Shown in pieces: positions 17,227-29,458 of a stretch of DNA of 64,000 nucleotides (its first letter is position 1; every line of letters begins with the position of its first letter). The stretch lies in NCBI GenBank assembly GCA_038211425.1, contig JBBQVQ010000005.1, positions 13,991-77,990 of the forward strand, read 5' to 3'. The DNA is from Candidatus Limnocylindria bacterium. GTDB taxonomy: Bacteria; Chloroflexota; Limnocylindria; P2-11E. The position numbers and the translations under genes are program-made. Under the pieces are notes generated by a model. It saw only the letters and a program-made list of their open reading frames with translations, was not told the DNA's origin and did not search any database.

Positions 17227-19659
17227 ATGAGTGATCTCGAGACCGTCCGCGAATCGAATGACCTGGCAGCCGGAGTGAAGGACCTGCCGCTCGTACCTCT
17301 GCGGGAAGCGGTCGTCTTTCCGAAGCTCGTCGTCCCGCTCGGCGTGGGACGCGAGAAGTCCGTGGCGGCGATCAACGCCGCGATGGGCGCGGAGAAGCAC
17401 TATGTCGTGCTTGTCGCGCAGCGCGACGCCGAGTTGGATGAACCGACGCCGGAGCAGATCTACGGCGTCGGCACGGTCGCCGAGATCGTCCGCCTGCTGC
17501 GCATCCCCGATGGCAGCGCGCAAATCATCGTGCAGGGGCTGCACCGTGTCCGGATCCGGGAGTACCTGCCCGAGGAGCGTTACTTCCGAGTGGCGTTCGA
17601 TCCGATCGTTGAGGACGAGGGACCAGCTGTGGAACGGGAAGCGCTTCTGCGCAACTTGAAGAACCTGTTCCAGAGCTACGTCGACAATGGCGGCTCGATC
17701 TTGCCGGAGCTCGCGATGACGGCCAAGAACACAGACGATCCGGCGCACTTCGCCGATCTCGTCGGGTCGAGCCCCGACCTCACGCTCGAGCAGCGCCAAC
17801 AACTCCTCGATACGCCGAGCGTCATCGAGCGGCTCAAGTTCCTCTCCGTCTTCCTCGTGAAGCAGAACGAGATCCTCGAGCTGAAGGCCAAGATCCAGAG
17901 CGAGGTCCAGCAGACGCTCGACAAGACCCAGCGGGAATACATCCTCCGCGAACAGATGAAGGCGATCCAGAAGGAGCTCGGCGAGGAGGACGGCGGGTCC
18001 GAGATGGGCGAGCTGCGCGAGAAGATCGAGGCCGCCGGAATGCCGGCCGAGGTGAAGGAGAAGGCCCTCAAGGAGGTCGGCCGGCTGGAGAAGATCCCGC
18101 AGGCGTCCCCCGAGCAGGGCGTGATCCGCACCTACGTCGACTGGCTCATATCGCTTCCCTGGCAGAAGGCCGGGGCGGAGGACTGGGACATCGCGGAGGC
18201 CGCGCGGATCCTCGACGAGGATCACTATGGGCTTCCCAAGATCAAGGACCGGATCATCGAGTACATGGCGGTCCGCAAGCTCGCGAAGGACCTTCGGGCC
18301 CCGATCTTGTGCTTCGTCGGGCCGCCCGGCGTCGGCAAGACGAGCCTTGGCAAGTCGATCGCGCGGGCGATGGGACGCAAGTTCGTCCGGATGTCGCTCG
18401 GCGGCATCCGCGATGAGGCGGAGATCCGTGGTCACCGGCGCACCTACGTGGGCGCACTCCCGGGCCGGATCATCCAGAACATGAAGACCGCGGCCGAGAT
18501 CAACCCCGTCTTCATGCTCGACGAGGTCGACAAGGTCGGTGCGGACTTCCGCGGCGACCCGAGCTCGGCGCTGCTCGAGGTCCTGGACCCCGAGCAGAAC
18601 AGCACCTTCTCGGACCACTACCTCGAGGTCGCGTACGACCTGTCGAAGGTCGTGTTCATCACGACCGCCAACATCGAGGACACCATCATCCCGCCGCTCC
18701 GCGACCGCATGGAGATCATCCGTCTCCCTGGCTATACGGAGGACGAGAAGATGCACATCGCGCAGGGCTACCTGCTCCCACGCCAGCTGAAGCAGCACGG
18801 CCTGGGAGCTGTCGATGGGGCGCCTGCACGGCTCGCCTTCTCCAACGAGACGCTGCGTGAGCTCCTGCGCCGCTACACGCGCGAGGCCGGCGTCCGAAAT
18901 CTCGAGCGGGAGATCGGAACGATCTGCCGCAAGGTCGCGCGACGCATCGCCGAGGGCACGACACAGCACGTCGACGTGACGCCGGAGGACCTGGCGACGT
19001 ACCTCGGACCCGAGCGCTTCGACTACGGGCTCGCCGAGGAGGAGGACCAGGTCGGCGCCGTCACCGGGGTGTCGGTGTCGGAGCACGGCGGTGACGTCCT
19101 CACGGTCGAAGCCACCGTCATCGACGCGCGCGAGCAGGACTTCATCCTGACCGGCCAGATCGGCAAGGTCATGGAGGAGTCGGCGCGTGCGGCGCTGTCC
19201 TACGTCCGCGCGCACTACGCCGAGCTCGGCGTGCCGAAGGGATTCTTCGAGGACCACGCCATGCACATCCACGTGCCCGCGGGCGCCATCCCCAAGGACG
19301 GCCCTTCCGCGGGCGTGACGATGGCGACCGCCATCGTCTCGGCTCTCACCGGACGCCGCGTCCACCGCGATGTGGCAATGACCGGGGAGATCACCCTCCG
19401 CGGCCGCGTCCTGCCGATCGGTGGCGTGAAGGAGAAGCTGCTCGCCGCGCACCGCGCCGGTATCAGGACCTTCATCCTTCCCGAGAAGAACCGCAAGGAC
19501 CTTGTCGACGTGCCGAAGGAAGTACTCGAGACGGTCGACGTGCGCACTGTTTCGGCCATCGAGGAGGTCCTGCGCCTGGCGCTGCTGCCTGGACCCGCGA
19601 TCACTCCGGCGCAGATCGAGGCGGCTCGACCCGCGCCCACGCCTCCGCCAGCGCACTAG
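17227..19659 (+). CDS. lon: ATP-dependent Lon protease (LonA)
   Basis: LON N-domain LPLVPLREAVVFPKLVVPL. Walker A GPPGVGKTSLGKSIA, Walker B FMLDEVDK. Protease motif DGPSAGVTMATAIVSAL. 810 aa. Confidence 0.96.
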   Translation: MSDLETVRESNDLAAGVKDLPLVPLREAVVFPKLVVPLGVGREKSVAAINAAMGAEKHYVVLVAQRDAELDEPTPEQIYGVGTVAEIVRLLRIPDGSAQIIVQGLHRVRIREYLPEERYFRVAFDPIVEDEGPAVEREALLRNLKNLFQSYVDNGGSILPELAMTAKNTDDPAHFADLVGSSPDLTLEQRQQLLDTPSVIERLKFLSVFLVKQNEILELKAKIQSEVQQTLDKTQREYILREQMKAIQKELGEEDGGSEMGELREKIEAAGMPAEVKEKALKEVGRLEKIPQASPEQGVIRTYVDWLISLPWQKAGAEDWDIAEAARILDEDHYGLPKIKDRIIEYMAVRKLAKDLRAPILCFVGPPGVGKTSLGKSIARAMGRKFVRMSLGGIRDEAEIRGHRRTYVGALPGRIIQNMKTAAEINPVFMLDEVDKVGADFRGDPSSALLEVLDPEQNSTFSDHYLEVAYDLSKVVFITTANIEDTIIPPLRDRMEIIRLPGYTEDEKMHIAQGYLLPRQLKQHGLGAVDGAPARLAFSNETLRELLRRYTREAGVRNLEREIGTICRKVARRIAEGTTQHVDVTPEDLATYLGPERFDYGLAEEEDQVGAVTGVSVSEHGGDVLTVEATVIDAREQDFILTGQIGKVMEESARAALSYVRAHYAELGVPKGFFEDHAMHIHVPAGAIPKDGPSAGVTMATAIVSALTGRRVHRDVAMTGEITLRGRVLPIGGVKEKLLAAHRAGIRTFILPEKNRKDLVDVPKEVLETVDVRTVSAIEEVLRLALLPGPAITPAQIEAARPAPTPPPAH

Positions 19660-19674
19660 GAGCGGAGGCGGGCC

Positions 19675-20637
19675 ATGCCTGTCGAGTACAAGGACTACTA
19701 CAAGACGCTCGGCGTCAGCAAGGACGCGGCGGGCGCCGACATCAAGAAGGCCTACCGCAGGCTGGCGCGTCAGTACCACCCCGACGTCAACAAGGGCGCC
19801 GGGGCGGAGAAGCGCTTCAAGGAGATCAACGAGGCCAACGAGGTCCTGTCCGATCCCGAAAAGCGCAAGCGCTACGACACGCTCGGGCCGAGCTGGGAGC
19901 AGTACGCTCGGCAGGGTGGCGGAGCCGGGGCCCGGGACGGTTTCCAGTGGGTCTACACCACGCCGGGCAGCGGGCGCGGCACCTTCGGCGAGGACGCAGG
20001 CGGTTTCTCCGACTTCTTCCGCACCATCTTCGGCGATGCGGCCGGGTCCCAGGCCGAGGATCCGCTGGGCCGACGGCACACCCGCGCACGCGCGGGTGCC
20101 GACGTCGAGCACGACGTGGAGATAAGCCTCGCGGAGGCGTACCGTGGGACCGACCGTACAGTGCAGCTGCGCCGTCCCGATGGCGCTGTCCGCTCCCTCG
20201 ACGTGAAGATCCCCGCCGGCGTCCGCGACGCGCAGCGCATCCGCCTCGCCGGGCAGGGGGGTTCGGGGAACGGCGGTGCGCCGGCGGGCGACCTCTTCCT
20301 GCGCATCCACGTTCGGCCGCACGCGTTCTTCGAACGCGACGGAGACGATCTCCGTGCCGAGCTGCCGGTCGCGCTCCACGAGGCGCTCCTCGGAGCCGAG
20401 GTGACTCTGCCCACGCTGAAGGGACGCGTGACGCTGCGCATTCCGCCCGAGACGCAGAACGGACGCACGATCCGCCTCGCACGGCAGGGAATGTCGCGGG
20501 CGGGCGGCGGCAGCGGGGACCTCTACGTCACGGTGAGGGTCGTCCTCCCGCAGAAGTTGACGGACAGGGAGCGGGAGCTCGCGCACGAGCTCGCATCGCA
20601 CCGAGCGGGTGAAGACGTCCGCTCGCACCTCCTGTGA
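19675..20637 (+). CDS. cbpA: J-domain co-chaperone lacking the zinc-finger domain (CbpA/DnaJ class II-like)
   Basis: YYKTLGVSKDAAGADIKKAYRRLARQYHPDVNK..FKEINEANEVLSDPEKRKRYD. A G-rich region and C-terminal DnaJ_C repeats are present. There is no CxxCxGxG repeat. Confidence 0.88.
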   Translation: MPVEYKDYYKTLGVSKDAAGADIKKAYRRLARQYHPDVNKGAGAEKRFKEINEANEVLSDPEKRKRYDTLGPSWEQYARQGGGAGARDGFQWVYTTPGSGRGTFGEDAGGFSDFFRTIFGDAAGSQAEDPLGRRHTRARAGADVEHDVEISLAEAYRGTDRTVQLRRPDGAVRSLDVKIPAGVRDAQRIRLAGQGGSGNGGAPAGDLFLRIHVRPHAFFERDGDDLRAELPVALHEALLGAEVTLPTLKGRVTLRIPPETQNGRTIRLARQGMSRAGGGSGDLYVTVRVVLPQKLTDRERELAHELASHRAGEDVRSHLL

Positions 20638-20658
20638 GCGACCGAAAGTAGGAAGAAC

Positions 20659-23303
<2,645 letters not shown>

Positions 23304-23304
<1 letters not shown>

Positions 23305-24515
23305 TGCGCGCGGCGCTGGCGCTGGCGGTGCCGGCGCTGGCGCTGGTGATCGTCGCCGCATGCGGCCCGCCCGCACGCGCGACCGCGACCGCCACCACCG
23401 CCACGGCCGCGACCGGAGGGGAGAGCGCCTCGGCAACTGCCGCCCCCGCGGGCGGGGTGCCCTCCCCCGCGTCCGTCGGGCCCCCGTCGTCGGCCCCGGC
23501 CGCGGCCTCCGTGAGCTCCCAGCAGAACCCATCGGCAGCTGGCTCGGAGGTCGTCCTCACACAGGCCGTTGCCGCGAGCGTCGCGTCGCTCGATCTCGGC
23601 AGGATGAACGACCACCTGCTCGCGCTCGCCGCTGTGGAGTCACGCGATCCACGGCATCCGGGCCACGCAAAAGCCGTGGCCTACATCAGGGAACAGCTCG
23701 AGGCGCTCACGTATCGCGGCTGGCGCATCGAGTCGCTGCGGACGGTCTACCAGGGCATCCCGCTCGAGAGCATCTTCGCCACGATCGATCCGGCGCCTGG
23801 CGCCAGGGCTCCGAATGGCGTCGCCCAGCAGCCACCCCCGCCGGTCGGCGAGCGGGGATGGGTGATGCTGGCGGCGCACTACGATTCGACCGCGACGCGC
23901 ACCGCGGGCTGGCGACCGTCCGTCGACCCGGCACCCGGTGCCGACGACAACGCCACGGGCACCGCGGCGCTCCTCGAGATCCAGCGGGCTCTGTCCGATC
24001 TTCGCGCCGAAGGCCGGCTCGGGCAGCGCGTCGTTCTCGCGTTCTTCGATGGCGAGGAGCTTTTCTTCAAGGGCAGCGCGGCGTACCTCGCGACGCTGCC
24101 GCGGCCGGCGCCGTATGCGGCCGTGTTGAACATCGATATGGTCGGCTTCAACCCTCTCGCAGACAGGCTGGACCTCATCTGGTACACGGACGGGTCGGCG
24201 GCACTGCGCGACCGTGTCGTCGCGACGAACGCCAAGTACCAGATCGGCATCGCGCCGCTGAACCTCCAGTTCGCGGCCGATGGCAATACGATCCTCGATG
24301 CTGCCCCCTTCGGCCTCGCGGGCATCCCGTCGATCGCCCTGGTGGAGCGATACGGGAGCGCCGACGCCACCTATCCCGGCAATCCGGCCTTCCACACTCC
24401 GAATGACACGCCCGCGGGCGTCACGAACCGCCGTCTGTGGCTGAAGGCCGCGCGGCTCACGCTCGCGACCGCGCTCGAGATGGTCGTTCGCGATCCGCGG
24501 CCGTCGGTGCGCTAG
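23304..24515 (+). CDS. M28-family aminopeptidase, predicted lipoprotein
   Basis: Lipobox LVIVAAC-G. GADDNATGTAALLEIQRAL, FFDGEELFFKGSAAY, NIDMVG. The GTG start overlaps the clpB TAG by 1 nt. Confidence 0.85.
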
Positions 24516-24533
24516 GCGGCGTGCGCCGGCCAA

Positions 24534-25004
24534 CTATCGGCGCGATAGGTGTCCTTCGGCCCAACCGTCGGTCGAGGCGACGATGGTGACCGGCCCGTCG
24601 GCGTCCAGTACCACGCGCATCGATGCTCCGAATCGTCCCGTCGCGACACGCAGGTCATGCGCGCGGAGCGACCCGCAGAAGGCGCCGAACAGGCGCTCGC
24701 CGATCTCGGGGGGCGCCGCGGCGGTGAAGTCGGGGCGGCGGCCGCGGCGCACGTCGCCGTAGAGCGTGAACTGCGGCACGACGAGCACTTCGCCATCGGC
24801 ATCCCGAACGGCCAGCTGCATGCGCGCGCGCTCGTCCTCGAAGACGCGCAGGCCGGCGATCTTCGAGGCGAGGGCCTCGCCGTCTTCGGCTCGATCGTCG
24901 CGTCCGACGCCGACGAGCACGACCAGGCCGTGACCGATGGTGGCTATGCGCTCGGTGCCGACCTCGACCGCCGCGGAGCGCACGCGCTGCACGACCGCGC
25001 GCAG
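24534..25004 (-). CDS. dtd: D-aminoacyl-tRNA deacylase; proposed CTG start (alternative GTG 24992)
   Basis: (L)RAVVQRVRSAAVEV..IGHGLVVLVGVGRDD..LVVPQFTLYGDVRRGRRPDF..GRFGASMRVVLDADGPVT. This aligns from residue 1 with E. coli MIALIQRV (from memory). Confidence 0.9.
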   Translation of the reverse strand: MRAVVQRVRSAAVEVGTERIATIGHGLVVLVGVGRDDRAEDGEALASKIAGLRVFEDERARMQLAVRDADGEVLVVPQFTLYGDVRRGRRPDFTAAAPPEIGERLFGAFCGSLRAHDLRVATGRFGASMRVVLDADGPVTIVASTDGWAEGHLSRR

Positions 25005-25011
25005 TGGCCCG

Positions 25012-25269
25012 CTACTCCAGCATCCATGGATTGTCGCCGCGCACCACGTCCACGACCTCGTCGGCGCTCAGGTGGCCCGGCGTGAACACCGTCATGCTCT
25101 TGCCCAGAGGCATGCGCGTGATGTACGTCACCTTGCCGAACCGATAGCCGTGCTGGAACAGGAAAGACTTGCCGTCGATCTCCACGAGCTGCCTCCGGTC
25201 GGTGGATGTGGCGGGCACGCCATCAAGTATGTGGTCCGTGAGGGCGCGACGTCGTCCGGGATACGCCAT
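25012..25269 (-). CDS. hypothetical small protein (85 aa), probably co-transcribed with dtd
   Basis: ATG-started ORF ending 7 nt before the proposed dtd start. No family recognised (..FLFQHGYRFGKVTYITRMPLGKSMTVFTPGHLSADEVVDV..). Confidence 0.5.
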   Translation of the reverse strand: MAYPGRRRALTDHILDGVPATSTDRRQLVEIDGKSFLFQHGYRFGKVTYITRMPLGKSMTVFTPGHLSADEVVDVVRGDNPWMLE

Positions 25270-25280
25270 AGGATTTCTCC

Positions 25281-27032
25281 GTGCCCCGGCCCGGCGCTTC
25301 CATCGACAACGACCGCGTTGCGACCGTCCTCGACGAGATCGCGGACCTCCTCGAGCTGAAGGGCGAGAACGTCTTCCGCGCGGTCACCTACCGCGCCGCG
25401 GCCCGTTCGATCCGCGATCTGCGCGAGCCGCTCGCCATGCATCTGGAGCAGGGACGCCTCGCGGACATCCCCAAGGTGGGAAAGTCGGTGGGGGAGGCGA
25501 TCGAGCAGATCCTGCGCACCGGAACCTCGAAGCGGCACGAGGAGCTGAAGGCCGCGGTGCCCGATGGGCTGCTGACGCTGCTGAGGGTCCCCGGGGTCGG
25601 TCCCGCGACGGCCCGGATGATCAACGACCACCTGCACATCACGAGCATCGAAGAGCTCGAGCAGGCGGCGCAGGACGGGCAATTGCGCGCGCTACCGAAG
25701 ATCCAGGCGAAGACGGAAGAGAACATCCTCAAGTCGATCGCCGCGCTGCGCCAGCGCACGGGGCGATCGCTCCTGTCGGCGGCGCGGAGTGCCGCCTCGC
25801 AGATGTCCGCCTGGCTCGCGCATGAGGCCGAGTTCTCGCGTCTGGCGGTCGCGGGGAGCCTGCGTCGCTGGCGGGAGACGATCGGCGACATCGACCTTCT
25901 TGTGGCGGCGCCCATCCCGGCCCCGACCATGGCCGCGTTCGTGCGCGCGCCGTCGGTGGAGCGCGTCCTTGCTCACGGCGACACGAAGTCGTCCGTCGTG
26001 GTGACCGGGGGCCTGCAGATCGATCTTCGGGTGGTGCCGGTGACCTCGTGGGGCGCGGCGCTCCTGTACTTCACCGGTTCCAAGGAGCACAACGTCCGCC
26101 TGCGCGGCCACGCCCTACGGAAGAAGCTGACCCTGAACGAATACGGGCTGTATCGGATCGGAGAGGAGAAGGGCAAGCCGGTGGCTTCGGGCACCGAGGA
26201 GGACATCTACGCGGCCCTGGGCATGGACTGGATCGCTCCCGAGCTGCGCGAAGACCACGGGGAGATCCCCGCCGCCATCGAGCACACGCTCCCGCGGCTG
26301 CTCGACGTCGGCGACATTCAGGGCGACCTGCACACGCATTCGAACTGGACCGACGGTCACGACACCCTGGACGCGATGGCGAAGCGGGCCCGGGACAAGG
26401 GCTACGCGTACTTCGCGATCACCGATCACTCCGTCGGCCTCGGGATGACGAACGGGCTGAGCGTCGAGCGGATCCACGCGCGGATCGCGGAGGTCGAGCG
26501 GCTGAACCGCGATATGGCGCCATTCCGCACCCTGGTCGGCACCGAGGTCGACATACGTGCCGACGGCCGCCTCGATTACGCGGACGAGGTCCTCGTCCTG
26601 TTCGATTGGGTGACAGCGTCCATCCATTCCGGGTTCGGACAGCCGCGCGCGCAGCTGACGAAGCGGGTGCTGAGCGCAATGCGGCACCCGCTCGTCGACG
26701 CGATCTCGCATCCCACCGGCCGCCTCCTGGAGCGCCGCGAACCGTACGAGATCGACCTCGCTGCGATCATCGCGGCCGCGCGTGAAACGAGCACCCGGCT
26801 CGAGGTCAATGGCGGCCCTGAGCGGCTCGACCTCCGAGACCTCGCGGCGCGCGAGGCGACCCTGGCCGGCGCCGAGCTCGTCATCGATTCGGACGCGCAC
26901 GCCACCCAGGAGCTCGACTGGATGGAGTACGGCGTCGCGACGGCGCGCCGCGGCTGGGTGACCAAGACGAGCGTGCTCAACACCCGGCCGCTGGAAGCGG
27001 TCCTCGCCGGCAGGAAGAGGAGCCACGCATAG
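25281..27032 (+). CDS. polX: DNA polymerase X family protein with a C-terminal PHP phosphoesterase domain (PolX)
   Basis: NDRVATVLDEIADLLELKGENVFRAVTYRAAARSI. HhH motifs LLRVPGVGPATARMI. Pol-beta core GSLRRWRETIGDIDLLV. PHP domain GDLHTHSNWTDGH..ITDHS..DSDAH. Confidence 0.93.
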   Translation: MPRPGASIDNDRVATVLDEIADLLELKGENVFRAVTYRAAARSIRDLREPLAMHLEQGRLADIPKVGKSVGEAIEQILRTGTSKRHEELKAAVPDGLLTLLRVPGVGPATARMINDHLHITSIEELEQAAQDGQLRALPKIQAKTEENILKSIAALRQRTGRSLLSAARSAASQMSAWLAHEAEFSRLAVAGSLRRWRETIGDIDLLVAAPIPAPTMAAFVRAPSVERVLAHGDTKSSVVVTGGLQIDLRVVPVTSWGAALLYFTGSKEHNVRLRGHALRKKLTLNEYGLYRIGEEKGKPVASGTEEDIYAALGMDWIAPELREDHGEIPAAIEHTLPRLLDVGDIQGDLHTHSNWTDGHDTLDAMAKRARDKGYAYFAITDHSVGLGMTNGLSVERIHARIAEVERLNRDMAPFRTLVGTEVDIRADGRLDYADEVLVLFDWVTASIHSGFGQPRAQLTKRVLSAMRHPLVDAISHPTGRLLERREPYEIDLAAIIAAARETSTRLEVNGGPERLDLRDLAAREATLAGAELVIDSDAHATQELDWMEYGVATARRGWVTKTSVLNTRPLEAVLAGRKRSHA

Positions 27033-27346
27033 CACCCCAGCGAGCGCGCTTCATCGTGCGGGGCCGCGTCCAAGGGGTGAACTTCCGCGCGGCGGCCTCG
27101 CACCGCGCAGCAGCCCTCGGCGTCACGGGGCGGGTCTGGAACCGCGACGACCGTGCCGTCGAGGTCGTGGCGGAGGGCGAGCCGGACGCCCTGGCGACGT
27201 TCGAACGCTGGCTCGGGCGCGGTCCCCGGCTGGCGCATGTCCTGGGGGTCGAGCGCCGAACGCTCGAAGGTGGGCCAGCGTTCGCTGATTTCGGGATCAG
27301 CGAAGCACAGGAGGGGCCATCCGGCGCCTCAGATCCCCGGACCTGA
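27029..27346 (+). CDS. acyP: acylphosphatase; proposed ATA start (first canonical start GTG 27056 would remove beta-strand 1)
   Basis: ..ARFIVRGRVQGVNFRAAASHRAAALGVTGRVWNRDDRAVEVVAEGE..L..F..WL. The VxGxVQGVxFR signature is present. AGGAAGAGGAG sits 6 nt upstream of ATA 27029, which overlaps the polX TAG as ATAG. Confidence 0.8.
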   Translation: MAPQRARFIVRGRVQGVNFRAAASHRAAALGVTGRVWNRDDRAVEVVAEGEPDALATFERWLGRGPRLAHVLGVERRTLEGGPAFADFGISEAQEGPSGASDPRT

Positions 27347-27356
27347 AAAAAAGGCG

Positions 27357-27749
27357 CTACCGGCGACGGCGCTTCCTGCGGTGCTCAGGTCGCGGGATGT
27401 ATCGCTGCCGCCTTCGCTCTCGGGCCCACGCGGCCTCGCGCGGCGGCAGCCACGAACCGTAGAGGTACACGAGGGCGGCGAGATCGATGGCGAAGGACAC
27501 GAGGATGGTAGCGGACGGCAGTTTCGTGACGACGAGCACCGTGACCCAGATCAGTGTGATGATGTTGAGCCACATCGCCCACGGACGTGCGGTCAGCTCG
27601 AATGGTGACACCGGTCCCGACGTACGCCACAGATACCAACCGATGTTCGCCAGAAGCGCCACGCCCAGGGCGATGACCAAGGGCCAATAAAAGCGCGACT
27701 CGCCATTGAACGGCTCGATCAGACGGTGCAGGAAGTGGCCGGAATCCAT
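27357..27749 (-). CDS. small membrane protein with an Arg-rich C-terminal tail, function unknown
   Basis: 130 aa with three hydrophobic segments (WPLVIALGVALLANIGWYLW, WAMWLNIITLIWVTVLVV, ILVSFAIDLAALVYLY) and a tail RERRRQRYIPRPEHRRKRRRR. Confidence 0.55.
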   Translation of the reverse strand: MDSGHFLHRLIEPFNGESRFYWPLVIALGVALLANIGWYLWRTSGPVSPFELTARPWAMWLNIITLIWVTVLVVTKLPSATILVSFAIDLAALVYLYGSWLPPREAAWARERRRQRYIPRPEHRRKRRRR

Positions 27750-27797
27750 CGCTGAGCGGCTATACTACCGGCGGCTCACGGCGCGCGCCCACAATAC

Positions 27798-29360
27798 GTG
27801 CAGGGGGACACCGTGCTGGCTCTACTCTCCGGCTCGTACCAGTTGGGACTCGTCGCGCTCGCGCGGGGGCTGCGCGAGCTCGGCTGGGACATCGTCGCGA
27901 CGCAGGGCGCACGCGTCGCATTCGCCGCCGAGGGGATCACCGCCCGCGCGATCGAGGATGTCACCGGATCGCCGGTGATGCTCGGCGGCCGCGTGCAGAC
28001 GCTCCACCCGACGATCCACGCCGGCCTCTTGGCGCGCCGCGACGACCCCGAGCATCGGGAGGAGCTCGAGCGGAACGGCATCACACCGATCGACCTCGTC
28101 GCGGTCAATCTTTATCCTTTCGACGAGGCCATCGCCGCAGGGGCGACCGGGCCCGAGCTCCTGGAAAAGATCGACATCGGCGGCGCGGCGCTGCTGCGCG
28201 CCGCGGCGAAGAACCATCCCGCCGTCATCGTCCTGGCCCGACCGGATCGCTACAGCGCCGTGCTGGAGGAGCTGCGCGAACGCGGGTCCGTGGCGTCCGA
28301 CACGCGGCGCGAACTGGCCGCCGAGGCGTTCGCTCACACCGCGGCATACGACGCCATGATCGCGGCGCGCCTGTCCTCCGAGGCGGGCGTGCTTTTCCCG
28401 GAGGATCTGACGCTGTCCCTTCGCAAGACCCGAGATCTTCGTTACGGCGAGAATCCCCACCAGCTGGCCGCGTTCTACGCGCTGCGCGGTGATGACGGCG
28501 CGATGACGTCGGCGGAGCAGCTACATGGCAAGGCGGCGAGCTTCAACAACATGCTCGACATCAACGCGGCGTGGCGGATCGTCGCCGACTTCGCGCAGCC
28601 GACCGTGGCCATCGTGAAGCACCAGAACCCCTGCGGCATCGCGTCCGACACCGGGATCGCCCGGGCCTACGAGCGCGCGTTCCTGTGCGATTCGGTGTCG
28701 GCGTTCGGCGGCATCGTGGGCTCCAACCGTCCGGTCTCCCGTGAGCTGGCCCAGGCCATGAAGGACACGTTCTACGAGGCGATCATCGCGCCGGGGTACG
28801 CAGAGGATGCATTGCCCCTGCTTCGCGAACGGAAGAATCTCGAGATCCTATCGGCGAAGGACCACGGTTTCGGGTCGCGCCGCAGCCGCGGGGCCGGCCA
28901 CGGCGCGCTCGACTACAAGCGCGTGGCCGGCGGGATGCTCGTGCAGACGCCCGACGAGTCGGTAAGCGACGAGGCGAACTTCAAGCCCGTGACGGAGCGG
29001 CACCCGTCGCTCGAGGAGCTGACCGACCTCATCTTTGCGTGGCGATGCGTTCGACACGTGACCTCGAACGGGATCGTGCTCGCGAAGGGCCTGGCGACCG
29101 TCGGCGTGGGGCCGGGTCAGCTATCGCGCGTCGTTGCAGTCGAGGTGGCCGTCCGGAAGGCGGGGGAGAACGCCAGGCTCGGGGTGATGGCGTCGGACGC
29201 GTATTTCCCGTTCCCCGACGGCATCGAAGTGGCCGCGCGCGCCGGCGTCACCGCGATCATCCAGCCGGGCGGATCGCTCCGCGACCAGATGATGATCGAC
29301 ACGGCGAACCGCTACCGCATGGCCATGCTGTTCACGGGACGGCGCCACTTCAAGCATTAG
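27798..29360 (+). CDS. purH: bifunctional AICAR transformylase / IMP cyclohydrolase PurH (cyclohydrolase motifs diverged)
   Basis: GGRVQTLHP, VNLYPF, KIDIGGAALLRAAAKNH, LRYGENPHQ, KHQNPCG, FGGIV, SDAYFPFPDG, IQPGGSLRD. 520 aa. Confidence 0.93.
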   Translation: MQGDTVLALLSGSYQLGLVALARGLRELGWDIVATQGARVAFAAEGITARAIEDVTGSPVMLGGRVQTLHPTIHAGLLARRDDPEHREELERNGITPIDLVAVNLYPFDEAIAAGATGPELLEKIDIGGAALLRAAAKNHPAVIVLARPDRYSAVLEELRERGSVASDTRRELAAEAFAHTAAYDAMIAARLSSEAGVLFPEDLTLSLRKTRDLRYGENPHQLAAFYALRGDDGAMTSAEQLHGKAASFNNMLDINAAWRIVADFAQPTVAIVKHQNPCGIASDTGIARAYERAFLCDSVSAFGGIVGSNRPVSRELAQAMKDTFYEAIIAPGYAEDALPLLRERKNLEILSAKDHGFGSRRSRGAGHGALDYKRVAGGMLVQTPDESVSDEANFKPVTERHPSLEELTDLIFAWRCVRHVTSNGIVLAKGLATVGVGPGQLSRVVAVEVAVRKAGENARLGVMASDAYFPFPDGIEVAARAGVTAIIQPGGSLRDQMMIDTANRYRMAMLFTGRRHFKH

Positions 29361-29458
29361 GACCCTGATCCCGTCCCGCTGTGTTGGCTTCTCCTGCTCT
29401 CGGCGGCGCCAGGTCGGGCTCTGCCAGGCGGAACCCTGCCGCGCTGAGCCCGGCCGCG

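Noticed and set aside
27026-27060. PolX-AcyP fusion by programmed frameshift or stop-codon readthrough, as an explanation for the missing acyP start.
   Set aside because: acyP is in a different frame from polX and there is no slippery heptamer at the junction. A strong SD with correct spacing to ATA 27029 explains the data more simply.
27345-27352. A7/T7 homopolymer in the 10-nt convergent gap between acyP and the small membrane-protein gene, as a bidirectional terminator.
   Set aside because: No stable stem precedes the T-run on the minus strand or follows the expected geometry on the plus strand. It is probably just an AT-rich spacer.
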